A stretch of 60,216 nt of DNA, from positions 1 to 60,216 of the forward strand of contig JAJYIM010000005.1 of NCBI GenBank assembly GCA_021790115.1, in the 5' to 3' direction. Below are positions 27,157 to 35,803 of the stretch, one piece after another. The notes below the pieces were generated by a model. That model did not search any database, was not told the origin of the DNA, and saw nothing but the letters and a program-made list of their open reading frames with translations. Position numbers and translations under genes: made by a program. Every line of letters starts with the position of its first letter. The first letter of the stretch is position 1. This DNA is from Actinomycetes bacterium. Its GTDB lineage: Bacteria; Actinomycetota; Thermoleophilia; BMS3ABIN01.

Positions 27157-27912
27157 CTACTGTGAAAATATTTTGTCGAAAAGCGGGGCTGCAGCCGCAA
27201 CAACCGGCGCCTCATCGCTTAACTCCATCAATGACGTTCCCGCCACCTCAGCTTTAAACAGGCCGGCGTCCTCGGGGATAACCGCAACAAGTGGAAGTTT
27301 CAGGCGTTCGATCTCCGGAGAAAGCGCCGCCAGAGATTCATCAGTGGCCCGGTTGAGCACAAACATGCTCTCTCCCACATCTATCTTCATCTCTACTGCT
27401 AAATCAAGCACCCGCCTGGCTGCCTGGATGCCGCGCACGCCGGCGTCGGCGATTACCAGCAGCACGTCGGTTTTCCTGGTTGTGCGCCGCGACAGGTGCT
27501 CAAGCCCGGCCTCGTTATCCATCACAACATGGCGGTAGCCGCCCGCGAGCCCGTCCATGAAACGACGGATGAGATTATTGACAAAGCAGTAGCAGCCTGC
27601 CCCCTCGGGCCGGCCCATCGTCAGCAGGTCAAACCCCTCGCCCTCGGCCAGCGCCTCGCTCATTTTGTACTCGACGAACTGGTCCTTGGTCATGCCGCCG
27701 GGGATGTCGCGCTGGCCGGCAAAGCCCTGCTCCCGCAGGGAACCCACGGTCAACCCGACCTTGATTCCCAGGGTCTGACCCAGGTTTGAATTAGGGTCGG
27801 CATCGACCGCCAGCACGGGGGTCTGGCCTGCCTGAAGCAGATAACGCACCGCCAGAGCAGCTATGGTTGTCTTGCCCGTCCCGCCTTTTCCTGCCACTGC
27901 AATTGCCGCCAC
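27157..27912 (-). CDS. cooC: CooC/AcsF-type CODH/ACS nickel-insertion ATPase
   Basis: GKGGTGKTT, DADP, GCYC, DNEAGLEHLSR. Confidence 0.9.
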   Translation of the reverse strand: MAAIAVAGKGGTGKTTIAALAVRYLLQAGQTPVLAVDADPNSNLGQTLGIKVGLTVGSLREQGFAGQRDIPGGMTKDQFVEYKMSEALAEGEGFDLLTMGRPEGAGCYCFVNNLIRRFMDGLAGGYRHVVMDNEAGLEHLSRRTTRKTDVLLVIADAGVRGIQAARRVLDLAVEMKIDVGESMFVLNRATDESLAALSPEIERLKLPLVAVIPEDAGLFKAEVAGTSLMELSDEAPVVAAAAPLFDKIFSQ

Positions 27913-28003
27913 AGCAACCTCCTAAACTTGTAAAAAGGGTTAAAAAATGTTTAACATGCGTATGCACATATTATTAAATTGTATACCGTAGCTATAATTA
28001 ATT

Positions 28004-28279
28004 ATGTCCAAATATAACAAAAGAACACAGGTGCTTTTGTCTGAAGAGCAATACGAGCGGCTGATGCGAGAGGCCAAACAGCGTGGGGCGTCTCTGGGCT
28101 CCCTGATTCGTGACGCGCTGGACGAAACTTATCCCGCTCCAGATTACGAACGCAAGAAAAAAGCCCTCGAAAAGATTCTGGCGATGGAAGAGCTTCCGGT
28201 TCCAGACTGGGAAACCATGGAAGAAGAAATACTCACCATGCACGATTGGTGTCCCGATGAGCGCGATGAGCAAGCTTGA
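28004..28279 (+). CDS. Antitoxin (RHH/CopG-like, VapB)
   Basis: KRTQVLLSEEQYERL...SLGSLIRDALD; overlaps PIN gene. Confidence 0.8.
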   Translation: MSKYNKRTQVLLSEEQYERLMREAKQRGASLGSLIRDALDETYPAPDYERKKKALEKILAMEELPVPDWETMEEEILTMHDWCPDERDEQA

Positions 28280-28742
28280 CTCTCCTCAAAAAGAATCGAA
28301 GCCGGGTATTTTCTTCCTTGACACCAATGTCTTTATGTATGCTAAAGGAGCTGCCTCACCTCTTCAGCGGCCCTGCTTACAGATACTCGAGCACGCAACT
28401 GCCGGCGTCCACACGATCAAGACCAGCGCCGAGGTAATTCAGGAAATTCTGCATCGGTACGCATCGATCGGCCGCAGAAACTTCGGCGTCGAGCTAGCAG
28501 AAAGAATCCTTGAGATTTTCGATCCGGTTCTACCTGTTATGCACACCGACATAAGACTCGCCTCTGAATTCATGTCTCGTTACCCGGCCATTAGGAGCCG
28601 CGACGCTATTCATGCTGCCGTGGCGATTAACAATGGGATCAGCTGCATTATCAGCACGGACAGGCATTTTGATCTAATCAAAGAAATCAAGCGCCTCAGT
28701 CCTGCCAAGTTCTCCAAGGCCGGTTCCCAGCGGGAAAGTTAA
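28257..28742 (+). CDS. vapC: PIN-domain toxin (VapC family)
   Basis: FLDTNVFMY, EVIQE, RDAIHAA, STDRHFD. Confidence 0.88.
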   Translation: MSAMSKLDSPQKESKPGIFFLDTNVFMYAKGAASPLQRPCLQILEHATAGVHTIKTSAEVIQEILHRYASIGRRNFGVELAERILEIFDPVLPVMHTDIRLASEFMSRYPAIRSRDAIHAAVAINNGISCIISTDRHFDLIKEIKRLSPAKFSKAGSQRES

Positions 28743-30682
28743 CCCAGCTTCCGCAGCATCTTCTCCATCCGCGGAAAGTACTTCATGTCCGTGTGCGGGA
28801 AGAACAGCGCCGCCATGTACTCATCCATGAATGACTGGTTGTCAGAAAGCTCAATATTTGTCATCATCCGCGCCACCTGCTCTGCCTCGGCCAGCATATC
28901 CTTGGAAAACGAGACCAGCCGCGCCCCCAGCAGGGAGCCGTTGCCGACAAAGGTAAATTTCTCCGGCTCCATCTCCGGGAAAAGACCGATGGCGGCGGCG
29001 CGGTCCACCTGCAGGTACTTGCCAAAGCCGCCGGCGATGATCACCTGCTCCACAACGTCCATGTCCATGCCGACGCTGGCCAGCAGTGTAGTAATCCCGG
29101 CAAAGATGGCGCCCTTGGCCCGCATCAGGTTGTCGATGTCGGGCTCGGTGATGACGATATCCTGCCCGCCGGCCGTGTACTGGCCAGAGGTCAGCACATA
29201 TTCCCACTGGCCATCCTCGTTTTTACGCAGCCACTCGCCCGCGGCTGCTTCCTTGAACTTGCCGTTCTGGCCCAGGATGCCGGCTTCAACCAGCTCGGCA
29301 ACCGCATCAATAATGCCCGAGCCACAGATGCCGATCGGCTTCTTGCCGCCAATTGTGAGGATGTGCGGCTCGCCGGTGGACGGCTCGATCTGCACTGCCT
29401 CGATGGCGCCGCGGGTGGCCCGCATGCCGTGTTTGATGCCACCACCCTCAAATGCCGGTCCCGCCGAGCAGGAAGTGGCCACCAGCCATTCCCTGTTGCC
29501 GACGACTGCCTCGCCGTTGGTGCCGATGTCAACATAGAGAGTGATCTTGTCGGTCTGGAAAACCCCGGAGCCGATAATGCCGCTGACGATGTCGCCGCCA
29601 ACATAGCTTGATACGCAAGGAAAAGTATACAAATGGACATGATCACAAAGATCAATGCCCAGGCTTGTGGCCCGCACCGGCGGCAGAAAGGCCGCTGCCG
29701 GCACATAGGGAGCAATGCGGATATATTTCGGATTTACGCCCAGCAATAAATGTGTCATGGTGGTGTTGCCGGCCGCCACCATGTGCGACACCTGGCAGCG
29801 GTCGACGCCCGCTTTTTCCAACACCTGGTCAACGACGGCGCCAACAGTATCGACCACCGCCTGCTGCAGCTTTTTTCTGCCGCCGACTTTCTGCGAGTAA
29901 ACAATGCGGGTGATGACATCCTCGCCAAAACTGATCTGGCCATTGTATTCTGAGGCCTGCGCGGCAGTCTCGCCCTGGTTCAAGTCAAGCAGTTGCGCAT
30001 AAATACTGGTTGTGCCAATGTCAAGCACGATGGAGTAGTCCTTGCCGGTCAGGTCGTCCGGTGTCACCTGGATCACTTTCGGCCCCCGGGACGTCTCCAC
30101 GACGGTGACCGTCACCAGCCAGTCCTGCATGCGCATGGTTCCAGGAAGATCACGAATAACGTGAAAGTCCACGGAAGCGTTCTCGATGCCGTGCTGCGCT
30201 TTTAAACCCAACTTCACCCGGTCCAGGTCATTGATGTTGTTGGCCTGATCTGGCGCATCAAGCTCAAGGGCATATTTCTTGACAACAGGGTTGACGCTCC
30301 AGCCGCTGACGAGATTGTCCAGATCCTGGGGCGTCAGCACCCGGCCCGGTCCCGGCCGCCGCTCGTGCGTCAGCGCGGCCGAGTCGCCCATGCGGGATTC
30401 CTCAGGTATGGTGACGGTCAGATCCCCCATCACCCTGACGCGGCAGGCCAGCCGCAGGCCGGCCCGGTAATCCTCATCCGGCAGCTTGGCGGATTTGCCG
30501 CCTTCAAAGTTGCCTTCGATAGCAACGCGGCATTTGCCGCAGGCACCTGTGCCGCCGCAGGAAGCATTGATATGCACACCCTCCAGGAGGGCTACCCGCA
30601 GCAGGTTGGCGCCGTGCTCAATGCCTTCGCAGGCAATGTCGCCGGGCTGAAAAATGACAGTATGTAATGATGTTTCCGTCAT
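28739..30682 (-). CDS. acsV: ASKHA-type reductive activator of corrinoid proteins (RACo/AcsV, DUF4445) with N-terminal 2Fe-2S domain
   Basis: CGGTGACGKC...RLAC; DIGTT, VGGD, DIGTNGE, AGPAFEG, GICGSG, AGGFG. Confidence 0.88.
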   Translation of the reverse strand: MTETSLHTVIFQPGDIACEGIEHGANLLRVALLEGVHINASCGGTGACGKCRVAIEGNFEGGKSAKLPDEDYRAGLRLACRVRVMGDLTVTIPEESRMGDSAALTHERRPGPGRVLTPQDLDNLVSGWSVNPVVKKYALELDAPDQANNINDLDRVKLGLKAQHGIENASVDFHVIRDLPGTMRMQDWLVTVTVVETSRGPKVIQVTPDDLTGKDYSIVLDIGTTSIYAQLLDLNQGETAAQASEYNGQISFGEDVITRIVYSQKVGGRKKLQQAVVDTVGAVVDQVLEKAGVDRCQVSHMVAAGNTTMTHLLLGVNPKYIRIAPYVPAAAFLPPVRATSLGIDLCDHVHLYTFPCVSSYVGGDIVSGIIGSGVFQTDKITLYVDIGTNGEAVVGNREWLVATSCSAGPAFEGGGIKHGMRATRGAIEAVQIEPSTGEPHILTIGGKKPIGICGSGIIDAVAELVEAGILGQNGKFKEAAAGEWLRKNEDGQWEYVLTSGQYTAGGQDIVITEPDIDNLMRAKGAIFAGITTLLASVGMDMDVVEQVIIAGGFGKYLQVDRAAAIGLFPEMEPEKFTFVGNGSLLGARLVSFSKDMLAEAEQVARMMTNIELSDNQSFMDEYMAALFFPHTDMKYFPRMEKMLRKLG

Positions 30683-30780
30683 GCGGTTTGATTATATATT
30701 AGATGGCAATTCCCGGGTGACGCTACTTTTCCCCGCCTGGCAGCAGGTTAAATATAAGTCTTGACAAACTAACCAGTAAA

Positions 30781-32517
30781 ATGATGTCACCGATGAGAAG
30801 CAAACAAAAATACAACCTCAGCGGCGGCAAGGCCTGGGGCAGGAGGACGGGACGTTATCTGACAATTGCCGGCTGGCTGCCGGCTTACAAGTGCGCCTGG
30901 CTGCCGGTGGATATTATCGCCGGCATCGCCCTGGTGGGCTTGCTGGTGCCAGAAGGCATGGGATACGCGGGCATCGCCGGCGTGCCGCCACAAGCAGGAC
31001 TGTACGCAGCCCTGGCAGGGCTTTTTATCTATGCTCTGTTCGGCTCCAGCAGGCAGGTTGCTGTCTCGGCTACTTCGTCAACTGCGGTCATCGTCGCGGC
31101 GACGGTGGGCCCGCTGGCCGGCGCCGATCCTGGCCGATACGCCGAGTTGACCTCGGCAGTTGTGCTCCTGGCGGGTCTGATCTTTCTCGCCGCCTGGCTG
31201 GCCCGTCTCGGATTTGTCTCGGACTTTATTGCCAGGCCGGTAGTCCTCGGATTTGTTTTCGGGCTGGCGCTCATTATCATCGTCCGCCAGGCGTCAAAGT
31301 TGCTGGGCATCCATGTAAACGAGGGAAACTTTTTTAAGATGTCATGGGAAGTCCTTTCAAACCTCGGACACGCCAATCTGCCGACGCTCACGGTTACCCT
31401 GACCGGCCTGGCCACGCTTGTCATCCTCGGGCGCTATGCCAAAAAGGTTCCGGCAGCCTTGCTGGTTCTTGCCGGCGGCATCGCTGCGTCTTACTCGCTG
31501 GGGCTGGCCGGCCGCGGCGTCGCTCTCGTCGGCGCCGTGCCGTCGGGATTGCCGGCCCCGTCCCTGCCCGGCATTTCCTGGGGCGACCTCAGCACACTCC
31601 TTGCCGGGGCCGCCGGCATCGTTCTGGTTGCCTATGCGGAAGGCCTGGGATCAGCCCGCATGCTTGCCGACAGGCACAAGTATGAAATTGACCCCGGCGC
31701 TGAACTGCGGGCGACCGGCCTGGCAAACATCGGCGCCAGCCTTCTGGGCGGCATTCCGGTTGCCGGCGGCCTCTCCGGATCTTCTGCCAACGACAGCAAT
31801 GGGGCCAGAAGCGAGATTTCCTCGATGGCCGCATCAGCTTTTCTGCTGCTGACCCTGCTGCTGCTGACCCCGCTGTTTCGTCAACTGCCGGAAGCTGTGC
31901 TGGGGGCAATTGTCGTCTACGCCGTCAGGCACATGATGAACATCAAGGAAATCATGCGGTTTGCCCGTATCAGGCGGGACAGCCTGAGCATGATCCTGCC
32001 GGCCCTTTTTGGCGTGCTCCTGCTCGGGGTCCTGCCCGGGCTTGCCCTGGCTGTTGTGCTCTCATTTGCAGTGATAGCAAACGAGCTGAGCAGGCCGCGC
32101 GTTGTCCTGCTGGGCAAAATGAAAAAAACAGGCGCCTGGGTGGACGCCGCCCGCCACCCGGAGGCGCAGCGCTTTACGGGGCTTTCCATTTACCGCATCC
32201 AGGGCGTGCTCTTCTTCGCCAGCGCCGACGTGGTTCGCAACGCTATCCGCAAGTCAGTACAAAAGGCCGATCCCCGCCCCAAAACAGTCGCGATTGACCT
32301 GGAAGCGCTTTATGATATTGACGCCACTTCAGTAGTCATGCTTGATGACTTATGGCAGGATTTAAACAGCGCCGGCATCAGCGTTGTGTTTACGAATGTC
32401 CACCGTCCGGTGCGGGAGGTCCTGAAGCGCGAAGGACTTATTCAGCGGCTGGGCCTGGGGAAATTCTACAGCAGCGTCGATTCGGCGGTGGCGCAGCTGG
32501 GCCAGGCCGGTAATTAG
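30781..32517 (+). CDS. SulP family anion transporter with STAS domain
   Basis: DIIAG...PEGMGYA...GLY, FGSS, TM core, C-terminal LFFA/STAS. Confidence 0.92.
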   Translation: MMSPMRSKQKYNLSGGKAWGRRTGRYLTIAGWLPAYKCAWLPVDIIAGIALVGLLVPEGMGYAGIAGVPPQAGLYAALAGLFIYALFGSSRQVAVSATSSTAVIVAATVGPLAGADPGRYAELTSAVVLLAGLIFLAAWLARLGFVSDFIARPVVLGFVFGLALIIIVRQASKLLGIHVNEGNFFKMSWEVLSNLGHANLPTLTVTLTGLATLVILGRYAKKVPAALLVLAGGIAASYSLGLAGRGVALVGAVPSGLPAPSLPGISWGDLSTLLAGAAGIVLVAYAEGLGSARMLADRHKYEIDPGAELRATGLANIGASLLGGIPVAGGLSGSSANDSNGARSEISSMAASAFLLLTLLLLTPLFRQLPEAVLGAIVVYAVRHMMNIKEIMRFARIRRDSLSMILPALFGVLLLGVLPGLALAVVLSFAVIANELSRPRVVLLGKMKKTGAWVDAARHPEAQRFTGLSIYRIQGVLFFASADVVRNAIRKSVQKADPRPKTVAIDLEALYDIDATSVVMLDDLWQDLNSAGISVVFTNVHRPVREVLKREGLIQRLGLGKFYSSVDSAVAQLGQAGN

Positions 32518-34220
32518 AATAGCCCCTTGATCCTCCCCGTCTCCACGTCAATGTCAACATCGACGGCCGCCGGGCGCACGGGCAGGCCGGGCATTGTTGA
32601 CATCGTGCCGAGAAGCGGATACAGGAAGCCGGCGCCAATGCTGGGGCGGATGTCGCGGATCGGCACCCTAAAGCCGGTGGGCCGGTTCTTCAAATTGGGA
32701 TCATGCGACAATGACAGGTGCGTCTTGGCCATGCAGATGGGCAAATTGCCGTAGCCGGCCTCGGTGAACAGCTTGATTTTCTGCTCCGCTTCAGGCATGT
32801 AATCAACGCCATCGGCTCCGTAGACCTTGGTGGCGATAGTCTCGATCTTCTCCTTGATCGGGGCGTCGTCCGGATAAAGGAAATGAAAATCGCTGGGCCG
32901 CTCGCAGGCCTCGACCACGGCGTTGGCCGCCTCGACGCCGCCCTCGCCGCCATGGGCGTGCACAGTAATCGGGTTGCAGGCCTCGGCGCCAAACTCAAGC
33001 GCCTTTTTATGCACCAGCTCAACCTCGGCGTCCGTGTCGGCGGCAAACCGGTTTACCGTGACGACAACCGGGATCCCGAACAGCTTCATGTTCTCAATCT
33101 GCTTGGCCAGGTTCTGACAGCCTTCCTCCAGCCTGCCCAGATCCTCTTTCTCCAGCTCCGCCCGGTCAACCATACGGCCAAAGCCGTGCATCTTCAGCGC
33201 CCTGATGGTGCAGGTTATGTTGACCGCGCTGGCTGAGAAGCCGCCGTAGCGGCAGGTGATATCCATGAATTTCTCGGCGCCCAGGTCGGCGCCGAAACCG
33301 GATTCGGTGACCACGTAATCGGCCAGCTTAAGGGCGACCTTGGTAGCCAGCACAGAGTTGTTGCCGTGGGCGATGTTGGCAAACGGGCCGGCGTGCATAA
33401 ACACAGGACCGTGCTCAAGCGTCTGGATCAGGTTCGGCTTAAGGGCGTCCTTCATCAGGACAGTCATGGCTCCGGCAGCGCCAATGTCCTCCGCCGTGAC
33501 CGGCTTGCCGTCCCGGTCATAAGCAAAGACAATACGGCCCATTCGCTTGCGCAGGTCCTTGAGGCTGGTGGCCAGCGCCAGGATCGCCATCACCTCAGAC
33601 GCCACGGAAATATCAAAGCCGGTCTCGCGCGGCGTGCCATTCAAGTAGCCGCCCAATCCAATCACAGCATGTCTCAGCGCGCGGTCGTTCATGTCTATGA
33701 CCCGGCGCCAGCTGACGGTGAGCGGGTTGATGTTCAGCTTGTTCCTGCCCTCCATCAAATCGGTGTCGATCATGGCGGCCAGCAGGTTATTGGCAGCCGA
33801 GACCGCATGGATGTCGCCGGTGAAGTGAAGGTTCAGATCCTCCATCGGGACCGCCTGGGCGTAGCCGCCGCCGGCAGCGCCGCCCTTGATGCCGAAAACG
33901 GGGCCAAGGGACGGCTCCCGGATGCAGAGGAAGACCTTCTTGCCGATCTTTCTCAGAGCCTGCGCCAGCCCGAGGGAGGTAACCGTCTTGCCTTCGCCCC
34001 AAGGAGTCGGCGTGATGGCGGTGACATCGATCAGCTTGCCATCCGGCCTGTCCTTCAGGCGCTCCAGGATCAAGGCATAATCAACCTTGGCCTTGTAGCG
34101 GCCGTAATATTCCAGTTCTTCCTCGAGGATGCCGGCGCCGGCGGCAATCTCACCGATCGGCTTCATCTCAGACGCCTGCGCAATCTCAATATCTGATGGG
34201 ACAGTCATTCCGGGGGCCAA
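32514..34220 (-). CDS. fhs: Formate-tetrahydrofolate ligase
   Basis: SDIEIAQ, TAITPTPWGEGK, GIKGGAAGGGY, NLHFTGD, HAGPFANIAHG, TMPGLP; start TTG 34220 (AAGGAG RBS) or ATG 34208. Confidence 0.97.
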   Translation of the reverse strand: MAPGMTVPSDIEIAQASEMKPIGEIAAGAGILEEELEYYGRYKAKVDYALILERLKDRPDGKLIDVTAITPTPWGEGKTVTSLGLAQALRKIGKKVFLCIREPSLGPVFGIKGGAAGGGYAQAVPMEDLNLHFTGDIHAVSAANNLLAAMIDTDLMEGRNKLNINPLTVSWRRVIDMNDRALRHAVIGLGGYLNGTPRETGFDISVASEVMAILALATSLKDLRKRMGRIVFAYDRDGKPVTAEDIGAAGAMTVLMKDALKPNLIQTLEHGPVFMHAGPFANIAHGNNSVLATKVALKLADYVVTESGFGADLGAEKFMDITCRYGGFSASAVNITCTIRALKMHGFGRMVDRAELEKEDLGRLEEGCQNLAKQIENMKLFGIPVVVTVNRFAADTDAEVELVHKKALEFGAEACNPITVHAHGGEGGVEAANAVVEACERPSDFHFLYPDDAPIKEKIETIATKVYGADGVDYMPEAEQKIKLFTEAGYGNLPICMAKTHLSLSHDPNLKNRPTGFRVPIRDIRPSIGAGFLYPLLGTMSTMPGLPVRPAAVDVDIDVETGRIKGLF

Positions 34221-34395
34221 ATCCTGCTCCTTTCCGCTAAAGTACGCATAAAAAAATAAAGGCAACGTGACAAAGAAGGAATTATATTCGTAATCGCGGT
34301 TGAGGGTCAATAGACCGCGCGGGAGCGGGCACAGGCTTTTGGGAAAGCACAGGCCTCCGGCAGACACAAAAGCTGCGCGCTGGCTACCGTCTTAT

Positions 34396-35607
34396 CTACT
34401 CCAATCCTGCCGCCGCCTGCCGGGCGGCGTCATAAACAGCCGCCAACGGGACGCCTTTTTCCAAAGATATCCGGCGGCAGTCTTCGTACTCCGGCGAAAT
34501 CGTAACCGCGCGGCCGCGCCAACTGCCAACCTTTACCATTACCGTCCCGTGACGCGTCTCCACTGCCTCCACCCGCCGTTGCAAGCAATGGCGCTCAACA
34601 TCGCCGATGCGCACGCCAAATGTCGATGACTCTGAAAAAATCAAATCGAGATGCTTTCCTTCGTCTCCAGGAGGGCATAGAACCGAGAGCAGAACGCCCG
34701 GCCTGCCCTTTTTCATCAGCACCGGCGCCAGCCAGGCATCGGCCGCACCGGCCCCGAGCAGCCTTTCAGCCAGATAGGCAAGCTGCTCGGGTGTGCAATC
34801 ATCAATGTTTGTTTCCAGCAACACTTGCCGCTCTATCTGTTCATCCGCCGCAGCACCCGCCCGCTGTCCCAGGATCAAGCGCAGCAGGCTTCTTCCTTTC
34901 TCCCCCCCTCCCCGTCTTGCTTCAGAGCCGGCGCCGTAACCGACCCGGTTCATCTTCATCATTGGCAGCGGACCGAAAGAATCGGCAAGGTATGACACCA
35001 GGGCGGCTCCTGTCGGCGTGGTCAGCTCTCCCCGGCCCGGTCCCTGGAAAACGGGAATTTCCTTAAGCAGGACCGCGGCGGCGGGAGCCGGCACTGGCAT
35101 CCGCCCGTGCCTGGTTTCCACGGTTCCTGATCCCAGCGCCAGCGGCGACACGATGATTTCCTTCGGCGCCAGCAACTCGACCAGAATGCAACTGCTAACG
35201 ATATCAATAATGCTGTCAACCATGCCCAGCTCATGGAAGTGAACTGTTTCCAGCGTCTCTCCGTGCGCCTCCGCCTCCGCGCGGGCCAGGCCGCCGAAAA
35301 TTGCCAGGCAGTGAGAGCGCACAGACTCGGCAAGCCTGCTTCCGGCAAGCAGATCTTCGATTGCCGCCAGGCTGCGCGGCTCTTCTTCTCTTCCCAAAGT
35401 GACAACGAATCGGCTGGCTGCGACCCCTGCAGCAGTAACCTTCTTAAGCGAGATTGACCACCCATCAAGGTCAAGCTTGGCAAGCTCTGCCCGCAGCAGT
35501 TCCAACGAGCCGGCCCCAAGATCAAGCAAGGCAGCGGCAAACATGTCGCCGGCAATACCGGAAAAACAATCCAGGAACAAAGTCTGACCAGTCAGATCCG
35601 CATTCAT
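34396..35607 (-). CDS. larC: Nickel pincer cofactor biosynthesis protein LarC
   Basis: DCFSGIAGDM, VHFHE, PVPAPA, ELTTPTG, ETNIDD, MKKGRPG, PEYED. Confidence 0.95.
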   Translation of the reverse strand: MNADLTGQTLFLDCFSGIAGDMFAAALLDLGAGSLELLRAELAKLDLDGWSISLKKVTAAGVAASRFVVTLGREEEPRSLAAIEDLLAGSRLAESVRSHCLAIFGGLARAEAEAHGETLETVHFHELGMVDSIIDIVSSCILVELLAPKEIIVSPLALGSGTVETRHGRMPVPAPAAAVLLKEIPVFQGPGRGELTTPTGAALVSYLADSFGPLPMMKMNRVGYGAGSEARRGGGEKGRSLLRLILGQRAGAAADEQIERQVLLETNIDDCTPEQLAYLAERLLGAGAADAWLAPVLMKKGRPGVLLSVLCPPGDEGKHLDLIFSESSTFGVRIGDVERHCLQRRVEAVETRHGTVMVKVGSWRGRAVTISPEYEDCRRISLEKGVPLAAVYDAARQAAAGLE

Positions 35608-35803
35608 ACCGGTATTGTATTCACTGGGCCCGCGGCGCTCAAGCAAGCCCGCCTCATTCAGGCGCCGCCTGATTAAGACATGTGCTTTCCCTGTACATAA
35701 CCAATTAAGTTTCTTTTAAAGTCTTATTTCTTGTTTGCCGATAAAGCAGGCGCTCCACTAGGCAGCACCCAACGGGTGGGGGGACACCCATGAAAGAGGG
35801 CAA

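Noticed and set aside
35700-35803. Possible c-di-GMP riboswitch ahead of the HD-GYP gene
   Set aside because: A short hairpin is present, but no class I (GGCAAA...GAAA...GACGCAAAG) or class II signature.
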